Of a DNA stretch of 64,000 nucleotides, positions 17,696-31,485 are shown piece by piece. The position numbers were made by a program, and so were the translations under genes. The notes under the pieces are model-generated. The model made no database searches, had not been told where the DNA came from, and saw only the letters and a list, made by a program, of their open reading frames with translations. The stretch is from Fimbriosthenelais zetlandica. Taxonomy: Eukaryota. The stretch lies in the NCBI GenBank assembly GCA_977030845.1, contig OZ365112.1, forward strand, positions 22,630,001-22,694,000, given 5' to 3'. Position 1 is the first letter of the stretch, and each line of letters opens with the position of its first letter.

Positions 17696-20600
17696 ATGGA
17701 CACACGCTACAGGGGTAATCAACAGGGGCTTGGCCCGCGCCCACCTCTACACAACCAAGACCAGGCCATGGATGTACAGGGTAATCCTGCCTTAGGTCAC
17801 ATGGGCCTCCACCACAACCATGTCAACGATGGTGACATGGGTACTGGAAGCAAGGTGATGGAGCAGTACTACAATATGGCTGGTCACCGTGCTGCAGGCA
17901 TGTACAACCCCCAGGCACAACACCACCACCAGGCACAGGGCATGAAGGGTTATGTGGCTAACATGGATGGTGGGCAGTACAACCAAATGATGGCCTCACC
18001 ACCTGGAATGCATGTCACTCCTGGAGGTAACATGTCACATAACATGGCCATGTATAAAACACATGCCATGATGAGCCATGGTGCAGGCAATTCTCAAGCT
18101 GCTGCTATGGGCATGGGACCTGCATATGGCAGAGGGGGAGCTGTGGCCGGCGGTGGAGGGGCAGGGGCAGGAGGAGGGGCAGGAGGAAGTGGTGGTCGTG
18201 GTGGGGGTATGCCTCAGTATGGTAATATGATGCAACGTGGAATGCCTCAACATAATATGGCAGGTATGCAAGGTGGCCATGGTAATATGATCCGCATGCA
18301 ACAACCTATGGGCATGAACACCATGGGTGGTACAAGCCAGCAGGGCATGGTGGGCATGCATGGTCACTACGGCAACCAACAGTATATGGATATGGCCGGC
18401 CAAGGTCATCGACACCATCAAGGTCATCCTACTCACCACCACCATCACCAACAACAGCAGCAACAGCCGCAACAACATCCGCAACCACCACACCAGCAGT
18501 ACTTGGGATCACCTAACTCGTGCATTATGTCACCACCCCCACCTCAGCAACAGTCTCACCAACAGCAACAATTGCAGCACACCAGTCCTAGCATGGCCCA
18601 GCATGGCTACTCTCCCAGTGTTAAACACTACCCTGGTAACATGGCCATGGATGCTAGCACCCAACTACAGCAAACACCACCACAAAACCCACAAACCCAA
18701 CATCCACCACATCCTCTCCATCATCAGCATTCTCACAACCAGCAACAACTTCAACATGAGCAACATCAGCAAGCACAACCTCCACAACCGCAAAATAGGG
18801 GACCTCAGCCTCAGTACTCCCATCACGGTATGCCTACTGTCAACCTGGATCAGACTGGGCGGGCTTTAGGCGCCCCGTCTCAACAGTTGCCTGATTTCCG
18901 TACTCTAGCTTCAGCGTCCACCATTAGGGGCAGTGATACTGTATCTAACAATATGACAAATATGGGGTACTTAGCATCAGGGACGAATATGGCCTGTGAT
19001 AAGTCAATGGACAGTACGGGGAGGGCCAGCCTGCAGGCCAGTGGCAGGATGCCTCAGGAAATGGCTGGTGACGTGGCTATGGCATCGAGGCACAAGATGC
19101 CAGGGATGCCACAGGCAATGCAAAAACCATTTCCTCATTCTCAACCGGGAGTTGCACCACATCAGAACTGTAAACAAAACTATGGGAGCCATGGTCAAGC
19201 AATCCATGCTAACCATGTTAATCCCATGGCCTCACAACAAGTACAAAACGACCAGATGATGCACCATTTACGGGCAATACAGTCAACTGCCGTCACATTA
19301 AATGTCACCTCCAGTAGAGTGGTCACACAGACAGCTTCTGCTGTGTCACCAGTGGTCACCACAACTCATGTAAGCCCTGTAGTTAGTCATGCTGCTCTCC
19401 AAAATCCAACACTCACAAACTGCTTGAAGTTAGGTCCTTCTCTACCACCGCCAGGTATGGCACCAGATCAAAACTGTACATCTCAACCAACCTCACATAA
19501 TGGTAATCTAGAATATTCTAATAGCTCTCTAAGGAAATCACCGGCAGCTTCAATATCTGCGAGTGACGTACCAGTACAAACTCACCACCCGCCACAACAA
19601 ACTGTGTCTTTAGCCACTTCCAAAAGTGACCCTTCCCATGCAAATCAAGGCTCCTCCATTCCAGCCTGTCTTGCCAAATCCGGCGGCTCTAGCTTGGCCT
19701 CCTCCGCTCCTGCGATATCTGCTTTACTATCTGGGAACCGGGGACCCATGCTGCACAAAGTTCCTCCTCACACTCAACAACTGGGCCCTCCCACTAATAG
19801 TTTGCGTCCGTCCGGGCCTTCCCTAAATGAACCTCAAATCCAACCTCAGCTTCGACACCAGCAACAAGGGCAAACCAAACAACAACGCCAACATCATCAT
19901 CAACATAATTATCATCCACCACCACAACAGCAACATGGTCAGCTCTCTAACCATCAGACTGAGGAGGAGCTGGCCACATCAACGAGCCACAAAGCCACCG
20001 GTGCTGGCTTTGAGAAGGAGAAGCAGGGCAGTGATTGCGCCTCGGCCAGTGTTATATCTGTCACTGTGCCCTTTGGTTGGCGACGAGTGGCAGAATCAGG
20101 TGCTGTGGTGTATTACAGTGCTAGTGGAATCAAACTCACCTCATTGTCACACATAGTGCAATACCTACAAACTGATGGTTCCTGTAAGTGTGGACTCGAG
20201 TGCCCCCTTCTAGTGGATAAAGTATTCAATTATGATCCCCAGGTGAGTGGTCATTTTTTTTCTCATTATTTAATAAAAAGATGATGTGAGGGTATGTTCA
20301 GTTTAGAATCTTGTACATCTTTTTCTAACAGTATTTTTTACTTAGTATATTCCATGTGTACACCAGAATGATGATGCTGACTTGCTGCATATTGTCAATT
20401 CGATTTTCTTGAGGTTAAAGTTTAACTTTATATCTTTTCAGGTGGCATCTAAACAGTGGAACAGTGTTGATCTGTCCCATAACGATGATCTCTCTAAACT
20501 GTGTAATCACAAACGGAAAATAATTGCCATGGCAACATTCCGAAAGTCAGCTCTCCAACGAGAGGATAGGCCGTCACATGACCGAGGCAGGTCGAAAAAC

Positions 20601-23600
20601 ACAGGTAAAAATTAATTCTCTGATTGATTATATCCCTCAACTGAATAAATGATATGTACTATTCATCTGCCCCCAAAATTAGTAAGATAATAGAAAATGA
20701 AATATAAATAATTTGTGCAACTAAATTTATATAAGGCATCTAAATTTATATAATGTTGACAGTAAATTATGTTTTAATCAAATTTCAGAAGGCCAATTAC
20801 AGATGAAAGGTAATGGAAACCCGTACGAGCACATGCTGATGTCACGCCTTTTGTCACAAAGGGAGAAAGTGAGTAACTCAGAGCAACACCACCACCAAAG
20901 AAGTACGCCAGCATGGGAGAGTGCCAACGACACAGAGGACAGGAAACCCAGTGAGAAACAAGTGCTTGAACACAATCTAACAAACAATCAAATGTCCAAC
21001 AGTGTTAACAGCATGGGTAATGCCATCTCCAGCGACCAGCACAATGTAGAGGCACCTTACTCCAATGTAGGGATCGTTAAACAAGAGAAGGAGGATAACC
21101 TCATGGACAATGAGGGTGACAGGTCAGATTATGAGAAGAAACCAGACTTGAAGAGTATGGCTCAAAAGGTGCAGGCAGCATTGAGGAAACCAGATTGGAT
21201 GGGTACGTGTGGCTTGAAAAGTGGACGTGGCAGGGGGCGGCCGAGAGCTCAATCAGACACCAGCACGTTTAATTTAAAACAAGAGCAATCCATGCCAAAC
21301 CACCATCCACGCTCCTTCTCCCACAGTGATGCCTACTCCATGCATCAGATGAACACTAGTCTTTTTAACTCCCCTGTTATGCAGAGATCTACAGACAGTG
21401 TGATGAGTCAGTCATCCCAGCATAGTGTTGAGAGTGATTATTTCCAGGATGATGAAATGATAGCCAATACAAATGAACAGCATCTACAAGCAGCTTCAAT
21501 GGACTATCATAATGCACATAGACATGATCCTAGCATGATCAAGCAGCAAATGCAAAACCAACAGCAACATCACCCACATCCTGAGCTCTACCATCAGTCC
21601 GGCTCATCTTCTGTCTACCCAGAAGCTAACCTGCAGATTCCCGGCCTACCGACCATGGAAAGCTGGGCAGAAATGCAGAAGGTGGGGAGACGAAAAGTGG
21701 GAGCATCCAAACGAGGAAGAAGGAAAGTAAACCATTTCCTCGACCGACCACCGTGCCCTAATGTTGACGTCCGACACATGCAACAGGATGGAAAGCCTGG
21801 ATCCGCTGGTGGAGGAATGCCATCCTTTTTTGACAACCCAACTACATTCCTTGCCCAGCAGTCAGCCATGGTGGCTAATTCCCTAGGTAGAACTGACATT
21901 CCACCCGAGATCAACACAGACCATCACGGTGGTCTGGGCTCTCAGGTTAGTCCAGCTCCTTCAATGTCCTCACTTTCAACGAAAAGTGCCACCCCTACTC
22001 CACTCTCCAGTCCTGGCCGCCCATGTAGTCAGAATTCACAGACCTCCACTGGCTCTGCATCCAAGAGCTACGGTTCCAGTAACCCACATGGTCCTGGCAA
22101 CTCGCTGTTCCAATCCTCGCCTGGCGTTCCTTCTAGGTCTGGCAGTTCTGGGATGTCACGCCTTTCTCCCCGTCAAGTACAACAGATGGAATTTCAAAAG
22201 CAGCTTCATATCTTCACCGGTGGATCGTTTCCCAACGCCATGGCTGGAATTGATCCAGTCACAGCTACTCTCATGTCCCCAAAAACTGTCAAAGGAAAAG
22301 CACAGAAAAATGACGGGCGTCATAGCCCCGAAAATATCAAACTCAACTTACAGACTGTACTCAATCCTAAAAGCTCTGCGAGCTTCCCTGCAAGTAACTT
22401 GTTGTCTGCTGCAGCACGGGCTCAGGATGAGAGCCGTATCAAGGCGACAAGCTCCCCTGACTCTACCATCAAACACAATCATAATCAGGCTGTTCCACCA
22501 ATGAGAAACATGGTCCTCTCCCCCCAAGAACATACTCCAGTGCCTCCTGGAGAAAGGGGTATGCATCATCAGATACCTCATAACCACATGGGAAGGGTGA
22601 ACAATCTGCCCTCCAATAGTGGTATGCCATTCATGTCCAATCCTGGCCATCACAACCCCATGATGTACCAACACATGGGACAGGGAGGGGGTGGTAACAG
22701 TGGTATGAACCCACAAGCCATGATGAGTATGATGCCTTCATCTGGAGACCAACATCAGCCTGGTCTTCATATGAACACTGGTCTTGGTAAGATGGGTCCT
22801 GGACCAGCCCTACAACATTCACAGTCCCCCAGGTCTGCCCTTACCCAATACCAAAAGGAGCAAACTCCCATTGAAAAAGTTCAAGACATGATTTCGGGTT
22901 TAGAAGCTGCGCAGAATGCCATTGTGGCTGCACATGCTGCCGCTACTGCTCAGGAGTCGTTGCCTAACAAGGCTGATGGTACATGGCCACCTAAACGGAG
23001 AAAGTCATCAACGTCATCAGACGCACGACAGAGTGTCAGCCGTTGTTCAGATGGTGGAGCGTCTACTGAGGCTTCCATGAATATGGGGCTTGGGAATGCC
23101 ACCCCGGACAGCATCAGGAGTGGTCCACCCAGCCATCAAGGTGAAATGATGATCAATCAGAACATGTATGGAAACATGGCTCTCACCCATTCAGTGGATG
23201 GAACAATGGACCCCAATGGACCAGTGCCTGGGGGTGTCCTCAATAATCCACTGGCTTCATCCAATCAGGGAATGAACCGGCTGCTGTCTATAGTCAATAT
23301 GAATATGTCAGGTATGCCAGGTGGACACCCATCATTGCCTCATGGTGGAATGCCTAATGCTGACAGTAACATTTCTCCAGGCCTTGCCATGTCCCAGCTA
23401 AACAACCCACAACTCATGCAGCTTGTTGGCAATGCTCCTCAGATTCAGAACCCGTTACTCATATCTAACTCTATCAATATGGACTCAATGCCCACCCAAA
23501 TGCAGGCACCCCCTCCGAAAAAGCTTAACCCAATTGAGCTCACAGTGCAAGAAGTTTTCAAACAAGGATGTACTGAATCATCCAGTAATCAGCCAGTTAC

Positions 23601-26600
23601 CCAGCAGGCAGATTCCACCAAGCCGAAAGAGGCTGTGAGCAACTCGCCTCCAGAGAAGGATCTGTTTGCTCGGAGTAAAAGCAGTACTGAATTGATAAGA
23701 GAAGCTTTGAAAGCAGATGATGAGAAATATCCAGTCTGCTCTGAAGCTTTTGAGAAGATGAATGAAAGCACTCAAGGTACTGAATCAAAGAAGATGGAGG
23801 GCATGCCTCAACCTGGGGTCCGACCTGAACACCTCAAGGTACAGACCAACGCTGTACTGCCTTGTGGGCCAGCGATGCCTGGTCAGACATCACCTCGCGG
23901 TCTGAGAACAACACCAGACAACAAGCAGAAGCGGATGCGAGAACGTTCACGTAAAGCTAGCACGCCTACAATAGCTAAGATGCTCCAGGCGGCCCAGGCT
24001 CCACAGAACAAAAACCCATCCATGGTCATGCTACCCAACATGCAGACCCAGCTTCTACAAGTTGTCAACCCAGTTCTCAGCCAGATGGTGGGTCAGATCC
24101 CAGAGGAAGGCATGAATCCTCAACAGCTCATGTATCTACAACTTGCGCTGCAAAATCCACAGCTTGATGCCCAGATGCTCCAACAAAACCAGGAGCTCCT
24201 CAGTGCTCTGGGTATGCCTCAGGTCCCGGACAAGATGAATGCCAATCAACCAAACTTTGGTCAGAACCCAGATATGGGGGGACAGGTCCAGAATCCCAAT
24301 GATATGAACCAGTTGAACATGCTGCAGAACTTAAACATGTTACCTGCCCTGGGAAGCATGAATCCTGCTTTATTACAAATGTTGCAGTCTTTACCCAATG
24401 CTGGCTTACCTAACATGGCAGCCTTGCATCCTCAGCTCCAGCAGCAGATGCTGAAGCAGATGGCCCCGTTCCTCCTACAAAACCAGCAGCTGCTGCAGCA
24501 GTTGCAACCGCAGCAGGCCCTGGCCAATTCTAGCAATGTTACGCCAGGTGTCAATTCAGACTTGGAAAAGCTCTCAAAAGATCGTAAATCGGCAGAGGAA
24601 AAATCATTTGCTGCCCACGATACTCACAAAGTGCAGAACGATTATAACCCTTCTGCTTGCTCTAAGTCCTCAGGTCAGCACTTAGACAATACATCTATTG
24701 AGACCGAGGACAACCAACCACAAACCCCAGTCCGTAGCTTTGATAGTGCTGCAGGTGAGAAGTTAAGATTAGACTATAGTGTTGAGAAACCCTTATGTTC
24801 AGCGACTCATACACCTTCTGCCAGCATAACGTCTAGTGGCAGTAGTAGTAGTCATAGTAGTCATTCTCCGCCTTTCACTACGAAAATACCAGCTGATCCA
24901 GGTCGTGTTATGAATGCTAAGCCATCTTCTCCCTCTGATTCCATTCCAAACCCTGCTAACTTGACTGAAGCTGTCACTGCGGTGGTCAGCAGCCAGGACG
25001 TGTTTGGGGATGATGAGGATGAATCGCCACATATCGAACCTCCACTGAGAAAGTACGCAGTCAGGAAACACCACAATCACATGTGTAACCTAAGTCAGAA
25101 ACTATCCACTAATCCAATTCAGAATTCATCTTCCTCTTCTGTGCCTTCTTTATCGCCTTCAGCCAAATCTCCCATTGTACGGGCCTTGACTTTTGAAACG
25201 CCACCCAAATCTCCCGAACCTGCAGAGGATGCTGCAGAGGAAGAGCCTTTAAATGCAGCAGGCGAGGAGGAAGAGCCGAACGACGAACACCAGGTGAGCA
25301 TGAACAGCATCGGTACCAACACCTGTGATGAAGGCAGCCTGGAGAACTCACTGGAGGGTCTACAGGAGGTCGACGACGACGACAATGGAGACCCACTGGA
25401 GGAGATGGAGGAGGATGGAGATGAGGAGGCGGAGGAGGAGGTGGCTATGGGCATCCATATGGCATCTACCGCTACCATGACGGATGAGGAAGGTCTCACT
25501 GATGGCGATGGTCTGCCTTATACCTCCCCCGATGCTGAACTGATGGAGAGAAAAGAGGACGAGGTTGATGAAGACACAGATGTGGAGGAAGCCGTGTCAG
25601 ATTCAGGAGAGTACGATGACGGGCTTGAGGGAGATCTGATGGATGAAGATCCATATGAGGAGGTAGACAATGAGGACCTGGGTGAGGTTCAGTCTGCTAC
25701 AGACACTAGTGACGTACAGCAGGTGGTAGATGCTGATGTAGAGGACAGTCAGGGTACCGTATTAACTGAGGACTATAATCCTCTAGTTCCCAAGGAGGAC
25801 CTCGACTCAGTCCCTAGTAGTACAGCAGAGGAGAGCATACCTACACCAAACGAGAACCATGTAGCAGAAGGCGATCAGATGGAAGGAGAGGAAGAGTTGT
25901 CTCCAGTACAAGAAGAGCCGTGTGAAGCTGAGGGCTTGGTGGGAGAGGAGGGCAGTGGCCCTCCACCACCAACATTAGATGATGAAACTGATGGCAACAA
26001 TGAGGTGGAAGGTGAGTTAACAATAACAAAGTTCTGATCAAGGACATTATATTGAATATATCTCTCTTACAAACGAATAAGGTTTTAATGCACTGAATAG
26101 AAAGATTCTGGAAGGACACTTTATAGATGATCTGTTGAGATTCATTTAGTCACAAGGCAGCTCTGTAGTTTATATAAATATGTTTTGAATTTCCTCTTTT
26201 TCACAGATGAATTTCTGGAACCAAGCACTGATAATCCTAAATCCAGTACTCGAACCTTCAATATTGGAGACTTGGTATGGGGGCAGATCCGCGGCTACAC
26301 ATCCTGGCCGGGAAAACTTGTGGATGAGTCTTCTGTGAAAGGAAACCATTCAAAAACAGAGATAGGAAAGGTGAGGCAAATATGTTGAAGCTAAAAACTA
26401 TTGTTAAGCATCAAATGTTCATTTCCGAATTGTAATACCCTAACAATCTTAACTTACAAAAACTGTGTTGCGATTTTTCCCCAGCTTTGGGTCCGGTGGT
26501 TCGGAGATCATTCCTTCACACAAGTGGAGCCACAAGAGTTGAAAACCTTGTCTGAAGGTTTGGAGGCCCATCACGATGCTAGGAAAAGGTATCGCCGGTG

Positions 26601-27065
26601 AGTAGATTTTATTATTGCTTCATCGATAGATCCGGGATTTATTAAGATGAACGATTCTGGGATTGGACAGATAAAATCTAGCCAGTGGTAAAAGTTAACC
26701 TATCAATTATTGAATTTTTGTAATTTACCGCGCATACCGGAATCTGCAGTAATTTATTGGATCCAGCAGACTTTTAATTGATTTTAAACTTTTGCAGTGG
26801 ACGCAAGATGAACACAAGCCTCGAGTCAGCGATCCAAGAAGCAATGATGGAGTTAGACCGCCAGACTGAGGCTGCGTCCTGTTCCATCGACAAGCTGGAT
26901 AAGGTGATACCACAAACCACCACCCTGCCACCTGCACCTCTTGAACCACCTCTCTCTCCACCACCACCAGACCCCACATCTGACATCTCAACTCTTACCT
27001 CTCCTACTCCACCCACCATCTTGCGAGCTGGCAAAGGGCGGCCTGGCAAGAAACGGAAGAGGTAA
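17696..27065 (+). CDS. MBD5: MBD5/6 ortholog (MBD + PWWP), about 2825 aa, mostly low-complexity
   Basis: Exons 17696-20242, 20442-20604, 20789-26011, 26207-26370, 26485-26597, 26798-27065 sum to 8478 nt in frame. MBD5-type MBD VPFGWRR...SGIKL...[26 protein letters not shown] followed by [14 protein letters not shown]; [25 protein letters not shown]...[10 protein letters not shown]. First ATG is 17696 (the ORF track start at 17693 is GTG). Confidence 0.93.
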
Positions 27066-27384
27066 CAGTGGATCAGCCCATAGGACATAGCAACGTAGCC
27101 TTCTCTATATAGGATAATCCTAGGCAGAAGTTTATATATTTATTTTAGGGACATGGAAATAGATGGAAAAACTAAACAATGAAGCATTCTGTGGTACTTG
27201 GTGGATGGCGTTGGTCACTTGCTGTTCAAGAACACCCAAGTCTGCAGTGCCAGGGATATAATTATTATATATTATATCTCTCCCTCTCATACACACATCC
27301 AACACATCCTGCAGGCTCATCATTCAAGTGGTGTTAATTATCATCATGTAAACTAATGACAATGATATAGTGTTTAGAATGGTC

Positions 27385-27403
27385 CTCTCTCTCTCTCTCT
27401 CTC
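27385..27403. repeat. (CT)n microsatellite
   Basis: About 9 CT units in the presumed MBD5 3' UTR. Confidence 0.85.
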
Positions 27404-29922
27404 CTAGCTCTAACCCCAGTGCAATATCATCTTCTAGCGGAGACACACAACTTACTTGCATCTGTATTTAGCTGGACACACACAAATAAGATTCGGGCTT
27501 TATTGTGTTTTTATGCTGGTTCATGTTATATTGTGAGGCCACACATAAAGGCCCTAACATACCCCCATATGTTCCTGCACTATATAATATAGAGTTAGTC
27601 ATTCTTTGTTGCAGAATACATGCTATAGACAGGGGTTGATATATTTTGTTTATATTATACCTGAGAATGGTTGAGGATAGGATGGAAATAACGTTCCCCA
27701 AGTGATCAATATGTGACCTCGAATACGACTCCTATTTATTGTCGGTACAAATACATGTGGAGACATTCATTGAGTGGTACAAATTCGGTGAAGAGTGCAT
27801 ATCATTCGAACCCTGATTGCTGGTAGTTTCTTTTTCAAAGCTAGAAAGTTGAAAGAAACTCAATCACCTGTTGTTGTCTAATGCTGTGCTTAAGAAAAGA
27901 CGATGAGTTCAACCGTATTTAGACCATGGCTGAGTTTATACTTGATTATCGTTTTGAATCTCATGAATTAGTTCCGCTGTATTTTACGCCAAACTGTGAT
28001 TAGCCTCAAGGAAATTCCTCTTATTCTTAAGCATGATTTTATTTGAAGGTAACCTTTATTTCCTCCCCAAAATGGTTACCTCTTCCTCTGAATATTTATT
28101 TCCTTGTCAGTTGTAAGTAAGACTATGTTAAAATGATTCGGTAATGATGGTTAAGGTTTCCTGCAATGGTCTGTATCATTTAGTCAGAAAAATACATTTG
28201 TTGTCACTGAAGACATTTTTGAATTGATGTTTGATTTTGTCAGAGTGCCATGTATGAATACTAAGTCAACACCCCTAAATCAGAGCTATAGGCGTGCACC
28301 CACATAACTCTCTATCTACAATCTCTGTCGACATGTCTTAGACATGCCATGTGTATATGATATGAAACAATGGCATACGTACATGTTTCTTTGGTACATT
28401 TACGGATAAATTTATGTTACATGGGAAGAGAACTTAATCCTCGTGCTTGCTAACTGTTCTCAGTATTTTTCTTTCACCCGTACACTTGTATCATAATTAA
28501 AATTACATGTTCTATTTGAAGTTGGAAAAATTATCCCTGTATATTTGTTCTTGTCTCTGTTAGGGACATACATTACTATTCACAATGATACTTCACGTGG
28601 TGGTGAATATTTCGCACTCATACTTCACTATGATTTTCAGTTCACGTGGAGTACTTCATGCTTTCCCTCATGGTAATATTGATTCTGGAAGAGTTGCTAA
28701 CACTAGCGGTGCTTGATGGACTAATATTTTGTTTGTTCTTTTTTCTTTAAAAAATCTATATGCTCTCTTCTTTATCATGTGTTGTAAATATTTATTTCTA
28801 TATAAATTGGAGTAATTTCTTCACCCCTTCCACGTTTATCACCTACTTGTTTTAGCCATTCATGCAATATTGAGTTGTCATATGATTTAGTAACTAAAAG
28901 TGATTTCACACCATTTGCCTATGATTTTGATCATTGTCGTTTATTTCGCACAATGTTGATGGTTATCTTATTTTATATCAGTTATTATATCCTGCATTTT
29001 GGTCAGGGCTTGTTTATTGAATCGATTTCAAGTCAGTGGTGTGTATTCTTTATTTTGCGATGTCTATGTACAGTTCATATATCTTTGATCATTGTTCATA
29101 CCCAGGCCATTTCACATTGTATAGTTTACACGGCACACTTCTTGCTGCAAACTCTTCAAATATGTAAATGTTTATATGTAAATGTGTGTAATTATTGTAT
29201 GTAGTAGCCAAGTCACCAAGCCCTTACCTGCTCTCACCTTAAATCCATATAGCCCTCTTGTTCATTTCCAGAGGCTCTCACCAGTAGTCGTAGAAACATA
29301 AACCTTTTTTTTATAAAAGAGCAAAATAATATGATGTTTTACTTATCATTCAGACAACAGAGATTGAAACTTTGGTCAATGTTTGGCTTATCATTCTGTG
29401 CTTGGTTGGATATATATGATTTACTTGGTTCATTACCAACAGACAGTGAGAAGGATTTCCCCTGTTCTCGTGTGTATTTTGTCCTGTATGGATGCATCTT
29501 GCTGGAATTGAACTGGATGAATCATGTAGGTTCATTGTTGCTATGGGAATGAAAGCATATATAGTGATCCATTGTGAATTTCTGAACTTTCAAAAGTATG
29601 CTTACTTTGGTACTTCCATAAGTCGTGAGCAAAACATTTAGCCCATGCATCGAAAATGGGCAGTATCGTCTGCCTTGAAGCTGCAGCACCATTGCAAGCT
29701 ATTGCAGCTTTGCTGCTCGGGGTATTTGGTCATAGAGATTGCAATATTTTGGCATACAACCTCAGTGCAACATCACAAAATGCACGGTTGTCATTCGCCC
29801 ACTTCGGTGTTCATATAACCATCTCATACAGTTGTACTTGTTGGTTGTATGTTGCAGTATCAGTCAATGTTAATTAACTTGTATTTGTAAATTGAGTACC
29901 TTATTGAAAGTAACATTGGACG

Positions 29923-29962
29923 GCACCACCACAACCACCACCACAACCACCACCACCACCAC
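29923..29962. repeat. (CCA/ACA)n microsatellite
   Basis: caccaccacaaccaccaccacaaccaccaccaccaccac. Confidence 0.8.
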
Positions 29963-31485
29963 TGAAGTGTGCTTTAAATGTCATTAAAGAAATTTGGTGA
30001 AGGGTCACTAGCTTATGAATGTGTACATGTATACATGTATGTTTATGTATATATATTGTATATGTATACATATATAAATACACTCATATACATATACATT
30101 ATATAGGGACGTGATCTCAAAATGGAGTTGTTAAAAGCTTGGCATGGAACTGTTGTGTATACATACGACTATAAGATACTATATATGATAACAATTGGTA
30201 AATGAACTATTCTCCCAGGTAGTCCATTTTGAAAAAAGACTGTAAATATTTTTTTCCAGTGTGAAAATATGTGTGGGAGGAGAAGTCCCCCCTCTGCCCC
30301 ACTCCCTACTACTATTAATCACACATCATGTACAGAGCAAAGTGAATGGTCTGTGTGACTGTCAATGTTAATCCAACTATATTGTAATAATCAACTGACC
30401 GCTTATCATCCCAGTGCAGTGATCTATAGGGATAGATATTGTATATGCTAGCAGTGAAGGATATAATATCCATGCTTCATACATGATATATATGTTTATA
30501 TTTCATTCTCTGGAACGGTTCTTGCTCTACTGCTGGAGCTAGAGAACCAAAGGTCTGTTGAGATGTATCTTCGATCCTAAGTGATATGTACGTTATAGTT
30601 GTTATTCTCCTATTGTATAGAGAGTCACTTATATAGTAAAGATATGCAAATATTAAAATGTAAAAATTTAAAGAAAGCTTGTGAGTTATTTATTGACATT
30701 TTAACAGATTTAATGATACCTGGCCATTCCAGGTTCCAGCTACAGTGTATATGCTTATTGCTGGTGTTTGTGGTCTATGACTAGTATGAGAACCTTTCCC
30801 CACATCATCTAAATCTACAAATCGCTAGTATTTGACATTAAAAATGTGTCATTTCGTTCAGGGAGTCGTTATGCGATAAAACCAAGCATGGTTAATGTAT
30901 TAAAAGATATATTAAGCTTTAACATTGGCAAAAAGGTCTTTTTGGCGGCCATCTTGGGCCGTTGTAACGGGTGACGTGGTCCAACTCTTACCGTTTCCCG
31001 CTGGTTTCCAGTTTTCCCGGTGTGGCGTGCCTGCATGCACAGAACCATGAAGCATTGATCACTCTCACTAAGACACTTTCCATAAGGTTGGAAGTAAGTA
31101 GATTCTATTTATTTGAGACAAAGAAAGCTTATTTCAAGCATGTGTACATCATTTGCCGTAAACCTGGAACAAAGGACTGCGCGTCTCCAGGGCAGGATAA
31201 TTGCTCCTGTAGTAACCGCTCCTGAGTAACCATGGCATGGAGACCTGGCGCCCTGAATCTGGCACAAGCGGATCATATTAGCTTCACTTCGTTGCACAGG
31301 ACATTTGATTAGCAGGATAAAGATGTTTTATCATTCCTGAGAGATTTATAAGTTTTCTCTGGCGCTGCATGGGTGGGAATCCGTACATCACTCAGGCTTC
31401 CCCCTTTGTTGGAAAGGGAATTTCCACCCAACATTGCCATTGCCGGCATTGGCGAAAACACCCGCCTCGACTCGAGGACAGGGTC

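Noticed and set aside
17792-26119. Many overlapping alternative-frame and antisense ORFs within MBD5
   Set aside because: Expected by-products of a GC-richer, low-complexity long coding exon; no recognisable domains.
27066-30800. Short ORFs of 60-110 aa after MBD5
   Set aside because: AT-rich, no splice-consistent chain or homology; best read as a long 3' UTR plus intergenic DNA.
31416-31425. Single perfect kappaB site GGGAATTTCC near the START gene start
   Set aside because: One isolated 10-mer, possibly inside coding or UTR sequence; not distinguishable from chance.
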